Positions 52,837 through 61,959 of a stretch of 64,000 nucleotides of DNA are shown piece after piece. A program made the translations under genes and the position numbers. Positions within the stretch are counted from its first letter, which is position 1. Every line of letters begins with the position of its first letter. Origin of the DNA: an uncultured delta proteobacterium. Lineage in GTDB: Bacteria; Desulfobacterota; Desulfuromonadia; Geobacterales; DSM-12255. Under the pieces are notes generated by a model that saw only the letters and a list, made by a program, of their open reading frames with translations, ran no database searches and had not been told where the DNA came from. The stretch is taken from NCBI GenBank assembly GCA_963787125.1, contig CAWBBV010000009.1:64264-128263 (forward strand), given 5' to 3'.

Positions 52837-53808
52837 ATGAATCAATTAACAGTGTTAGCATTATTACTCATGAGTTTATTAGTTGGTTGCTCTAAAGGCG
52901 ACTTAGGCGGCAATGATAATATTGATGATGTTTTGAAAGCCGCAAAAAACGACAAGCCTGAAGCTGTATTTAAATTGGCATATTTATATTTTAAAAAGAA
53001 TGATTTCAAACTTGGTAGTCGTGCTTTGTATTACGCAAAAGAAAAAATGGAGAATAAACAGACATCTGATAAATATTTAAAGGCTGTGAATTATGTCAAA
53101 GATAGAGCCAAGACAGGTGACCCTACTTGGCTGTTTATCTTGGGGTCTATGCATAACCTTAAAATAGGTATGCCAACAGATGATAAAGAAACTATCAGGT
53201 TATATATTGAGGCTGCTGAAAAAGGTGAAGGTAATGCTCAGTTACTTTTAGGCAATAATTATGAGTCGGGCTTGACCGTTACAGCAGATAAACAGGAAGC
53301 CCTAAAATGGTATCTTAAAGGCGCAAACGCTGGACACCCAGAAGCTCAAAATACTTTAGCAGGGACTTACTTTGACGGGCGATTAGGAGTTAAGGATGCA
53401 AAAGAAGGTGTAAAGTGGCTGAAAATGGCTGCGGACCAAAATTCCTCCAGTGCGATAGGGAATTTAGCTAACAAATATTATTTTGGTGAAGGAGTAGTAA
53501 AAGATTACCATGAAGCATTTAAGCTGCTTGAAAAAGCTTCGCAAATGGGGAATGCGGCTGCACAGTATAATCTTGCAAATATGTATGAGAACGGAACTGG
53601 TGTAAATAAAGATATTGTAATGGCGTATGCTTGGGTAAATATTGCTGCGGCTTCAGGGCAAAAATCAGCTTCAAACTTTAGGTCTGATATAGAACGGGAT
53701 ATGACAAAAACGCAGGTTGAACAAGGTCAGAAAACATCAAATGAGTTAATGGAAAAATATAAGCTGAAAATCTATAAGTCGGAAGGGATATTTTCAGGAG
53801 AGATTTAA
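52837..53808 (+). CDS. Sel1-like repeat lipoprotein
   Basis: LVGC lipobox; repeated AQ.NL..MY.NG.GV.KD...A..W. Confidence 0.9.
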   Translation: MNQLTVLALLLMSLLVGCSKGDLGGNDNIDDVLKAAKNDKPEAVFKLAYLYFKKNDFKLGSRALYYAKEKMENKQTSDKYLKAVNYVKDRAKTGDPTWLFILGSMHNLKIGMPTDDKETIRLYIEAAEKGEGNAQLLLGNNYESGLTVTADKQEALKWYLKGANAGHPEAQNTLAGTYFDGRLGVKDAKEGVKWLKMAADQNSSSAIGNLANKYYFGEGVVKDYHEAFKLLEKASQMGNAAAQYNLANMYENGTGVNKDIVMAYAWVNIAAASGQKSASNFRSDIERDMTKTQVEQGQKTSNELMEKYKLKIYKSEGIFSGEI

Positions 53809-53947
53809 CTGGAAAGAATACATATTGCAAAAGTCGTCCACTTAATTACAAAAGCAAAGGTGGGAGTGAGGAATTGTTACTCTCTCCGTGCATTGTTATT
53901 GTATTAGCACTTTAATATCCTAAAAGGCTTTCCAGTAGGGGTCGCGA

Positions 53948-55417
53948 TTAATTCTCCCCTTCAGGATTTGCCGGAATCGATTCTGCCGGTTCATCAAGCC
54001 AGGTCTTCAAGATTTTTCTGACATGAGGGCGGTGCAATGAAGAGGCAAGAAGTTTTTGAGGCATCAAGCGAGAGAAATCTACGTCATATTTAACAGTTTC
54101 AATTGCATATTTAAGCACGCTAATTAAGGTCCTGTCGGTATAATCACTATTAGTTGTAATACTCCCCTTTTCATGTCCTAGGATATCAGCACGGTGCGCT
54201 AGGACTATACCCGCATCATTCATCCTGTTTGATACTGTATGGCGGAATGAGTGGGAAGGAACTTTGCGGTTGTGTCTAATAGGAAAGTGGCGGTCAAACC
54301 ATTTGAAAGAATGACCAAATCCATCTCGATGGAGATTTAATTCCGGGAACAGCCTAGGTGTCGTTACTGATTTTACGAAATCAAGAAAACCTAGTTCAAT
54401 TAAGTTTGAGTGGATAGGAACGTATTTGGCGGCATCTGTCTTTATTCGTTTGTCATCGTTTTCAAAATCGTCGTCGGTGTATATTTCGTCAGAAAAATGA
54501 AAACATTTGATTCCATTTAGGTCGAGAATGTCTGCTTTGTATAATTGGCAAACTTCATTTTTCCGGGCACCGGTAAACATGGTTATCAGTGGTACCCACA
54601 GCCAGGAGGGCTTCCAGTTCTTATTGCTGTCTGGAAGCGGAAGCACATCGACTATTTTCTGAATGTCTTGGTCAGAGAACTGGAGGTAGGATGTTTTTTC
54701 GGCTTCAAGGTAGATAGCTTTTGCAGGATTACGGTGAATAACATCTTTTGTCACCGCTAATTCGAGCAAGGAGAACAATTTCGTAAGATGTTTGTTAATT
54801 GTGGTATTCGGATTTCCGGCTGGTTTTCTGGGAGTGGCGTTCGGGTTTTTTGATTTTTGAATTTTTGCAATCTGCTTTGCAAGTTTATCTGCTGCCGACG
54901 CTTCATGGCTTCTTATTAAAAAATTCCTGTATTCAATACAGTCATCATTCGTAATCATTGCTAAAGGTTTATTGCTAAAGTGCTTGAAGAGCATTTTGTA
55001 AGATGAATCATATTCTTGTTGTGTCTTTTTAGTACAGTTTTTGTGGTCGTGAATTATTTGGTATTCGGCTAATATGTCTTCTAAGGTGTTGAAGCGAGGT
55101 TTTTGACGTTGTGCTTGCTGCTGTTGCTGACGAGGTAAGAGTTCCGTCACCAGGCTGGCAATTTCCTCCGGGTGTAGATTGGGTTGCCGGAGTCGTGCAA
55201 AATTCTTATCGGCAAGCCGCTCAAAATACTGGAATCTTTCGTCGGCTGTGCGTCTGATATTTGTGCGTAGTGAGATGCGGATTAACTCTTGTTCTTTTGG
55301 GAAAAGGTGCAGAAGGTCTTTGGGAACTGCAATGCGGAAATAATATCTTTTGCCGCGTTGCTGAAGGTGAGGGGGTAAAGGTTCTTTGCCGTCCAGTGTT
55401 TTGCGTGGTGGTGACAT
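53948..55417 (-). CDS. Tyrosine recombinase/integrase (DUF6538-type N-terminus)
   Basis: YYFRIAVPKDL N-terminus; catalytic R (GARKNE), K, HSFR, GH, Y; adjacent to tRNA att. Confidence 0.93.
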   Translation of the reverse strand: MSPPRKTLDGKEPLPPHLQQRGKRYYFRIAVPKDLLHLFPKEQELIRISLRTNIRRTADERFQYFERLADKNFARLRQPNLHPEEIASLVTELLPRQQQQQAQRQKPRFNTLEDILAEYQIIHDHKNCTKKTQQEYDSSYKMLFKHFSNKPLAMITNDDCIEYRNFLIRSHEASAADKLAKQIAKIQKSKNPNATPRKPAGNPNTTINKHLTKLFSLLELAVTKDVIHRNPAKAIYLEAEKTSYLQFSDQDIQKIVDVLPLPDSNKNWKPSWLWVPLITMFTGARKNEVCQLYKADILDLNGIKCFHFSDEIYTDDDFENDDKRIKTDAAKYVPIHSNLIELGFLDFVKSVTTPRLFPELNLHRDGFGHSFKWFDRHFPIRHNRKVPSHSFRHTVSNRMNDAGIVLAHRADILGHEKGSITTNSDYTDRTLISVLKYAIETVKYDVDFSRLMPQKLLASSLHRPHVRKILKTWLDEPAESIPANPEGEN

Positions 55418-55480
55418 GTCAAAACCTCAAATGGTTTGAAATTGTCACTAATCCTGTCACAATTGCACTTTTAAATATAT

Positions 55481-55514
55481 AAAAAAATAAAAAACGCCGC
55501 AGTTACGCGGCGTT
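55481..55514 (-). terminator. Terminator downstream of tRNA-Arg, within the island end
   Basis: AACGCCGC-AGTTAC-GCGGCGTT with an A-run on the left. Confidence 0.7.
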
Positions 55515-55522
55515 AGTAAAAT

Positions 55523-55599
55523 TGGCGGGCGGCATGGGATTCGAACCCACGACCCCAGGCTTCGGAGGCCTGTACTCTATCCAACTGAGCTAACCGCCC
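55523..55599 (-). tRNA. tRNA-Arg(CCG)
   Basis: GGGCGGTTAGCTCAGTTGGATAGAGTACAGGCCTCCGAAGCCTGGGGTCGTGGGTTCGAATCCCATGCCGCCCGCCA; 77 nt, anticodon CCG, encoded CCA. Confidence 0.97.
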
Positions 55600-55688
55600 T
55601 TGAGAGATAAGTTATTACACTATTGTTGCCGCAAACTCAAGGACTTTACCTTGAGCAGCAAGCCTACTAAAACAAAACGGGTGAATTT

Positions 55689-56538
55689 ATGCGTTATCTA
55701 ATAGCAGTGATCTTCTCCTTTACCTTTTTCATGTTCTCACTGGATAGTTCTGCCGCTGAATATGAAATTGTCAAGGTTGCCGACTCCGTCTACGCGGCGA
55801 TTGCCAAGACTGACGGGAAAGCTGCGAGTAATGCTTTTTTTGTCATTACCGATTATGAGGTGATCCTTGCAGGCGCTCATTTCGTTCCTGAGGGGGTAAA
55901 AGAGCTGCTGGCTGCGATAGCGAAGATTACCCCGCTGCCGGTAAGCCAGATCATTCTTACTCACCATCACAAAGGGTTCACTTATGTCGATTTTGATCTT
56001 CCGGAAAAAGCAGAGATTGTTGCTTCAGTAAATGTCTGGCAATCACTTAAAGGGGAGTTCCGCGAGTTCAAAAATCCAACAGTTGTGTTTGAGAACAACC
56101 TTACCCTTAACAGAGGCAAAACTTCCCTGGTAATAATGGATACCGGCCCGGGGCATAGCTCAGGTGACACAATTGTCTATCTGCCGAAAGAGGATGTTCT
56201 CTTCGCTTCTGACCTGCTGTTCAATGATGCAGTCGGTTTTATGGGCGAGGCCTCCATTCATGAATGGGGTGAAAGTCTGGAATTGCTGGAGAATCTTGCG
56301 CCTTCCAAGGTGATTCCGGGAGTTGGCAAGGTGTCAGACAGTTCATCGATCGAAAAATTCAGAAAGTTCTACCGGGCGTTCATGACAGAGATCATCAGGA
56401 ATGTGGAGAAAGGCAATACGCTATCGCAGATCAAAGAAAGAGTTTTCTCTCCAGCAGTACAAAACACTTCCCGGTTTTGACGCTTTTCTGGAAGTTAATC
56501 TTGAGAGAGCCTATAAACAGCTCAAATCAAAACGATAA
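55689..56538 (+). CDS. Exported MBL-fold metallo-hydrolase-like protein; apparent +1 frameshift near 56433
   Basis: THHH, GHS.GD, SDL, VIPG; removing one A gives a natural end ...[13 protein letters not shown]. Confidence 0.8.
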
Positions 56539-56690
56539 TATGCTCCTCAGAGCAATAGTTTGACAGTGTTTGATGTTTCTGCTATAGAAAGTGAAATATT
56601 ATAATAGGTTACAGTACGGCATCGCTTATTCTTCAAATAAGCCGCTTATTGTGGAGTTTTTCTCAAACATGTCAGTTATCGGAGAGCGGA

Positions 56691-58178
56691 ATGATTATTC
56701 AGTGTGATCATTGCAGTGCCAAATTCAGGATGGATGACTCTAAGCTTGCTAACGGTCCGGTTAAAGTCAGATGCGCCAAATGCAAGGAGGTCTTCGTAGT
56801 CCGGAAAGAAGAGCCCTCTGTTGAGAGCACATCGCCTTTTCAGCCTGAGGCTGTCCCCTCTGTTGCTAGTTTTGCAATGCCTCCGGAGCCAACGCCTGCA
56901 CCAGCTGCCGGATTAAGTGCTGAGACGGCAGAGTTTTCTTTTGATTCTCCGGCGAGCACCGAAGATGCTTTTTCACAGGCGTCTGCTGATTTTTCTTTCG
57001 ATGTTGAGCCGCCACAGGAAAGCAAGCCGGCCGCGAAAGCGGAGGATGATTTATTAAACGAATTTGATTGGCATGGGGCATCTTCGTCAACTGCTGCGGT
57101 CACACCTGCAACTGATTCTGATTTTGATATGGCGGCGTTTGATTCGTCTATTGCTGTTCCTCAGGCGTCAACTACAACAGCTGCCGCCACTTCTGCCTTT
57201 GACAGCAACGATTTCAGTTTTGATGATGGGGATAATAATACAGATAGTGCCGTAGTTTCAGGGAGTCAGCCGACCGATGACTTCTCGATGGACTTTGGTG
57301 ACGTCTCCTTTTCTGATCAACCGGCTGTTGCTGCCCCTGCAGAAATGTCAGCTAAATCTGTCGACTCTTTAGCCGCAGATGACTTCCTCCTTTCATTCAA
57401 TTCAGACTCCTCACCTCAGGCCCCAACTGCTTTTGCGGGCGAGGAAGAGCCTGGAAATGTCAATTTCGGGGAGTTCAGTTTTGGCGACATGGGTGACACT
57501 GTTGCCCCTGAAAGCAGCAAGCCTGGTGACCTTTCAGAGGTTAAAGCTCCGGCGGAGTCTGTTCCTGCTGCTGTGGCGGATGAGTACCCTGACGACGAAC
57601 TCCCCCCACTAGCTCTTACCTCACGAAAAAAAAGCGGCTCACTCTTCCCGTTTTTTGTAATTTTTGGGGCAATCGTCCTTATTATAGCTTTGGCAGGGTC
57701 CGGGGTATATTTCTTTGGCGGACCAAAGGCCTTTTCAAAGGTCGGTCTTGGTTTCCTGGTGGATTGGTATGGTGATAAAAGTGGTGATGACGGCAGTATA
57801 GTCCTTAAGGGGGTCACAGCTTCCTACACAGTCAACAGTGTTGCCGGTGAACTTTTTGTCGTCAGAGGGGAAGCGGTTAATAATTTCAAGAAACCGCGGG
57901 CATCGATTCAGGTAAAGGTTTCACTGCTGGGGCCAGGTGGCGCGACCCTTGTCACCAAGAGTGCATACTGTGGTAATTCGCTTTCTAACGAACAGCTGAC
58001 TGCTTTGCCGTTGGCAAAAATAGAGGAAATTATGAACAACCAGTTTGGTGATTCTCTGGCTAATCTTGGGCTCAAACCAGGCGGGACGATTCCTTTTGTG
58101 GTTGTTGTCAGTCCTGTGCCAAAGGAATCAACCGACTACAACGTTCAGATAGGCGGTTCAACTGTGGCGACTCAGTAA
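56691..58178 (+). CDS. Zinc-ribbon (MJ0042-type) / DUF3426-like membrane protein
   Basis: IIQCDHC...VRCAKC, long acidic linker, TM, periplasmic domain. Confidence 0.85.
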   Translation: MIIQCDHCSAKFRMDDSKLANGPVKVRCAKCKEVFVVRKEEPSVESTSPFQPEAVPSVASFAMPPEPTPAPAAGLSAETAEFSFDSPASTEDAFSQASADFSFDVEPPQESKPAAKAEDDLLNEFDWHGASSSTAAVTPATDSDFDMAAFDSSIAVPQASTTTAAATSAFDSNDFSFDDGDNNTDSAVVSGSQPTDDFSMDFGDVSFSDQPAVAAPAEMSAKSVDSLAADDFLLSFNSDSSPQAPTAFAGEEEPGNVNFGEFSFGDMGDTVAPESSKPGDLSEVKAPAESVPAAVADEYPDDELPPLALTSRKKSGSLFPFFVIFGAIVLIIALAGSGVYFFGGPKAFSKVGLGFLVDWYGDKSGDDGSIVLKGVTASYTVNSVAGELFVVRGEAVNNFKKPRASIQVKVSLLGPGGATLVTKSAYCGNSLSNEQLTALPLAKIEEIMNNQFGDSLANLGLKPGGTIPFVVVVSPVPKESTDYNVQIGGSTVATQ

Positions 58179-58223
58179 GTCGTTTTATTAATGAGATAGT
58201 CAGTGCAGTTGACCAAAAACTAA

Positions 58224-58277
58224 ATCAGCACAAAAAAGACCGATACAGAATTCTGTACCGGTCTTTTTTGTGCTGAT
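58224..58277. terminator. Bidirectional terminator between convergent genes
   Basis: ATCAGCACAAAAAAGACCG...CGGTCTTTTTTGTGCTGAT. Confidence 0.85.
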
Positions 58278-58287
58278 GTCAGGCTGA

Positions 58288-58455
58288 TTAGGCGCTGATA
58301 GCGTTGACAGGGCATGTATCAACACATGCGCCGCAGTCGATGCAGGTATCTGCGTCGATTGCACGCTTGTCACCCTGCTCGCTGATCGAGCTGACCGGAC
58401 AGGAATCGTCACATGCGCCGCAGTTGATGCACTCGTCGGAAATTTTGTGAGCCAA
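58288..58455 (-). CDS. 2[4Fe-4S] ferredoxin (55 aa, not in ORF track)
   Basis: MAHKISDECINCGACDDSCPVSSISEQGDKRAIDADTCIDCGACVDTCPVNAISA; two CxxCxxCxxxCP motifs; TTG start with GGGGGTG SD. Confidence 0.95.
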   Translation of the reverse strand: MAHKISDECINCGACDDSCPVSSISEQGDKRAIDADTCIDCGACVDTCPVNAISA

Positions 58456-58561
58456 GAAATTCACCCCCTTTTCATAAGTTTATAATTGCTGCTTTATGTA
58501 GATATTATCGGTGAAACTTCTAGCATGTGTCAGCGTAAATGTCCAGAAGAAACAGGCTGTG

Positions 58562-61500
58562 TCAGTTGCCGAGAACTACTTCTCCGGTGTCGGTCACAAG
58601 TTTAGCCGGCAACATGAATACTCGCTTGAAAATGCCCAAAACCCCTTTACCCAGGGATGTTATCGGAATTGCTGATACCTTTGGGGCAGTAGATTTGCCC
58701 TTGACCTCGAAGTAGGTCGTGAACATGGTTTTTTCTTTTCCTGTCAGTATCCAGCCGACAATAGGTATATGGCTGACCACTTTGTCGACCGTCTGCAATG
58801 GCTGAATGCCGAGTGTGAGATCCACGTTGTCATTAACAAAGTCCAGCTTGCCGACAAGGGACATATTCATTGCATTGCTGGTTAAGAAAAAATCGTCCGT
58901 GCTGACTGTGCCATCCTTCACAGTAAGGACCCCTTTAATTTCTGTGTATGGCATCCCGTCTGAAACCATATCCGGCAGCTTGAATTTGAAAAGTTGCGAA
59001 ACATTCAGGATTGAAAAGACTTTCGATAGTCCGGAAAACTGTCGTAACATCCCTTTGCTAGAGTGAACTTTAATACTCCCAGCAGCACTCTTGCTGATAG
59101 CGCCTGAAGTGTCACCACTCGCGCTAATATTCCCCTCCAGAGTCATGACTCCGGTGATCTCTTTTTTATGAGGATCACCGGAAAGGAGTTCCGTTACCTG
59201 GTCAGCTGAAGCGTTTGCAAGTTTAAACTCAGTCTGAAAGCGGGTTGGCACTGGTTGTGATTCAATCTTGCCTTTTGCCGTCAACCGTCCACCCAGCAAA
59301 TCCGCTTCAAAAAGCTCGATTTGCACAGACTTATTGACCAAGTTCACGGTAGTGTTGAGGTGGCCAAAGCCAAGACCCTTTACAACCCCCTTGTCAGCCT
59401 TGATAGTTGCTTTTAGTGCCGGATTTGGAACAGGTCTGGAAGGTTTTATGCCGATTTTCTCAAGTTCTGCGAGGAGGATCAGGTCAGAAATGTCAAGGTA
59501 TGCAGAGGTGATTGCGAGGTCAGCTTTCAGCTGTTGTATGTCGTTGACCCCCCCTTTGACAGTCAATTGTGATTTATTGAGATTACCTGAGAGTGATCTT
59601 ATCGTCAGGCTGTTGTCCTTAAAAGAGATGTCCCCTTTGATTTTGGTGATTAGAGGATTATGAGGCGTGGACTTGAAGCCAAAATCAGCAAGTTCAATCC
59701 GGGGGGAGGTAAATGAAGTGCTGAATATTAGGGGATCAATACTGCTGATGGCGCCTTTACCTGTGAGGAGTGTCGTGCCGATCTTCGCTGTCAGTTGTGA
59801 CGATTCCACAGAATCATCACTGAAGCTGATAGCACCGGTCACCTCGGAAACAGGTTTTTCGCTCGGCGAGTAGCGCACGGATGCATTGTTGAGCGCAACT
59901 GTTCCGCGCCATTTGAACTTCTCGGCAGAAGGGGCAAAAGTCCCTCTCAACGCGAGTTGGACCTTCCCTGAAGGTTGGTATTGAATCAAAAACGGGCTCA
60001 TTTTGGCGATATTTTCAATAACGACCTGATTTGTATTGATCAGAAGGTCAAGGGGTTTTGACGGCTCAAACGGATATTTTGCAGAAAGGTCGAGATTAAG
60101 GCCGGCGAGTGTGTAGCTTAAGGAGGTCAAAATTGCCTCTTTCGGGCTGATTGAGCCTTTGAATCTCAACTGCGATGGGGTGCCGATCGGTTTTGCAATG
60201 AAATTCGCGTAACCGCAGGCTGCCGGTGTCAGGTTCCAATCGCCGGAGAGATTGTACCCGCTGGTAAAGCCTTCGCCAACAAGAGTCAGTGCCGAAGTGC
60301 CGTTGTATGTGAGATGGCTCGCCCGCTTTTTCCCGAGGAGCCAGGCTATTTCGCTCTTTGCAGGGCTTATGGCCATTTTAAAAGGGTAGCCGCTCGGTTT
60401 GTCAAGCGGGTAGTCGGTTATCTTCCCTTCCAGGGTCAGTGGGGAAGTCCCGAAATTGCCGGACATCCCATGGAGAAAGAAATCCTTGCCTTTCATCTCC
60501 AGCGTCCCTTTGACATTATTGAATGTCGGTACTGAACTGCCGTAAGATACGACCCCTTTCTCGACTCGTGCTTTTATGTAAAGGACGTTGTAATTCTCTC
60601 CGGTTTCCATGTGCAGGATCTGGCTGACTCTGCCGTCAAGTTTACCTTCATCAAGTTGGTATATTCCACCGGCAAGATGCTGTTCGATCCAATTTGCAGT
60701 ATCTTTCGCAATGATTCCGTAGGGTATGTACCGCTTGTGTTTTGAAAAATCGAGACGTGAGGCGGTTACCTGAGCAGTGATTCTCGGGTCCTTACTCCGA
60801 TATTCCTTGATGGCACAACTCCCTTTGAGTGCTGCTCCATCTACGTCAAGTTCGACAGTTTTAATGACCAGGTCTGCCTTGTTCAACTCCAGGTTGTACT
60901 TCATTTGAATGGTTTTCGAGCCGAGAGCCTGTTTGAATACCGGTTGATAATCAAGCAGGAGTGAACGGAGGGAGAGTTTCCCTGAAGAAGTGAATTCGTT
61001 CAGGCGGCCATGGAACTCACTTTCTGCATCAAAGGAACCCAGAAATTTCTTGAAAGGTACGTGCTGACGGTAGTATGGCCATAAATGACCAGCTTCAAGC
61101 TGTTTGACCGAGAGCTTGGCGTCAATGGATGTATTATCCAGTGGTGATTCCTTTGGTGAGAGTTTGATTTTGCCGGTTATCGAAACTATGCCGCTTGCTC
61201 CGCCGCCAAGCCGCGTGGATAGTTTGAAGCTCCCCTTGGATCCTCTGGCAAGATTCTCCATAAAAAGATCAGTAGCGGTCAGCTTTGTAATCAACACTTT
61301 TTGCTGCAAAAAGCTGTCAGTAAAAGTTATGTCAGCGTTTTTCAGTTTCAGCTGATGGATCTTTAAAGGCGCATCTTTTGATCCACCGCTTTCAAGCAGA
61401 TCGGTAATATTGAAGGTGCCGTCTTTGTGGCGCAAAAGACGAATGACCGGCTTGTCAGCTACCAACCCGTGAACAACAAGCTGTTTTCTGAACAACGGCA

Positions 61501-61792
61501 GTAGGTCAAGGCGAAAGGTAAGGTGATCAATTGTTACAAAATCGGCTGAGTTGTCAGGTTCTTTTACTGTGATGCCGTGAAATGAGATGGCAGGTCCAAG
61601 GCTGAAAGTGAGATTACCGCTTTTGTATGTTACCGGTCGGTTGATGGTTTTTTGCAGTTCAGCTAGAATCTGCTCTTTGTAAGTGTCAAGGTCTATGGCT
61701 TTTATCAGAACAATGTACCCTGTTGACAGCAGCAACAGGATGATTGACAGGGAGATGACTAATGTTCTCAGACGGTGATGTTCAGTTTGCAT
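58562..61792 (-). CDS. AsmA/YhdP-family protein
   Basis: N-terminal TM, G.FNI.DL motif, beta-taco repeats, IPIVGWIL...G....P.V C-terminus. Confidence 0.88.
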   Translation of the reverse strand: MQTEHHRLRTLVISLSIILLLLSTGYIVLIKAIDLDTYKEQILAELQKTINRPVTYKSGNLTFSLGPAISFHGITVKEPDNSADFVTIDHLTFRLDLLPLFRKQLVVHGLVADKPVIRLLRHKDGTFNITDLLESGGSKDAPLKIHQLKLKNADITFTDSFLQQKVLITKLTATDLFMENLARGSKGSFKLSTRLGGGASGIVSITGKIKLSPKESPLDNTSIDAKLSVKQLEAGHLWPYYRQHVPFKKFLGSFDAESEFHGRLNEFTSSGKLSLRSLLLDYQPVFKQALGSKTIQMKYNLELNKADLVIKTVELDVDGAALKGSCAIKEYRSKDPRITAQVTASRLDFSKHKRYIPYGIIAKDTANWIEQHLAGGIYQLDEGKLDGRVSQILHMETGENYNVLYIKARVEKGVVSYGSSVPTFNNVKGTLEMKGKDFFLHGMSGNFGTSPLTLEGKITDYPLDKPSGYPFKMAISPAKSEIAWLLGKKRASHLTYNGTSALTLVGEGFTSGYNLSGDWNLTPAACGYANFIAKPIGTPSQLRFKGSISPKEAILTSLSYTLAGLNLDLSAKYPFEPSKPLDLLINTNQVVIENIAKMSPFLIQYQPSGKVQLALRGTFAPSAEKFKWRGTVALNNASVRYSPSEKPVSEVTGAISFSDDSVESSQLTAKIGTTLLTGKGAISSIDPLIFSTSFTSPRIELADFGFKSTPHNPLITKIKGDISFKDNSLTIRSLSGNLNKSQLTVKGGVNDIQQLKADLAITSAYLDISDLILLAELEKIGIKPSRPVPNPALKATIKADKGVVKGLGFGHLNTTVNLVNKSVQIELFEADLLGGRLTAKGKIESQPVPTRFQTEFKLANASADQVTELLSGDPHKKEITGVMTLEGNISASGDTSGAISKSAAGSIKVHSSKGMLRQFSGLSKVFSILNVSQLFKFKLPDMVSDGMPYTEIKGVLTVKDGTVSTDDFFLTSNAMNMSLVGKLDFVNDNVDLTLGIQPLQTVDKVVSHIPIVGWILTGKEKTMFTTYFEVKGKSTAPKVSAIPITSLGKGVLGIFKRVFMLPAKLVTDTGEVVLGN

Positions 61793-61959
61793 TCTCTTTC
61801 CTGTGGCTGTGTAAATTTGATGGCGTGGTGATTATACTCTGCCGCCACTCTCTGCGCAACTTATAGAAGCCTGAAAAACCGGCCCTTTTATGATTGACCG
61901 TCATTTATGATTTGCGATACGATGCTACGATTTTGCTGACTAAGGGATTTGTCAACACC

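Larger units (their letters stand above)
32826..55545. mobile_element. ~22.7-kb integrative element/genomic island in tRNA-Arg(CCG)
   Basis: 25-bp att direct repeats, tyrosine integrase next to the tRNA, paired TGTCAC arm-type repeats at both ends, AT-rich cargo. Confidence 0.92.

Noticed and set aside
32826..55545. Prophage or ICE
   Set aside because: No recognisable capsid, terminase, tail, relaxase or T4SS genes.
56820..57600. Low-complexity acidic D/F/S-rich repeats
   Set aside because: Ordinary disordered linker of the zinc-ribbon/DUF3426-like protein, not a DNA-level repeat.
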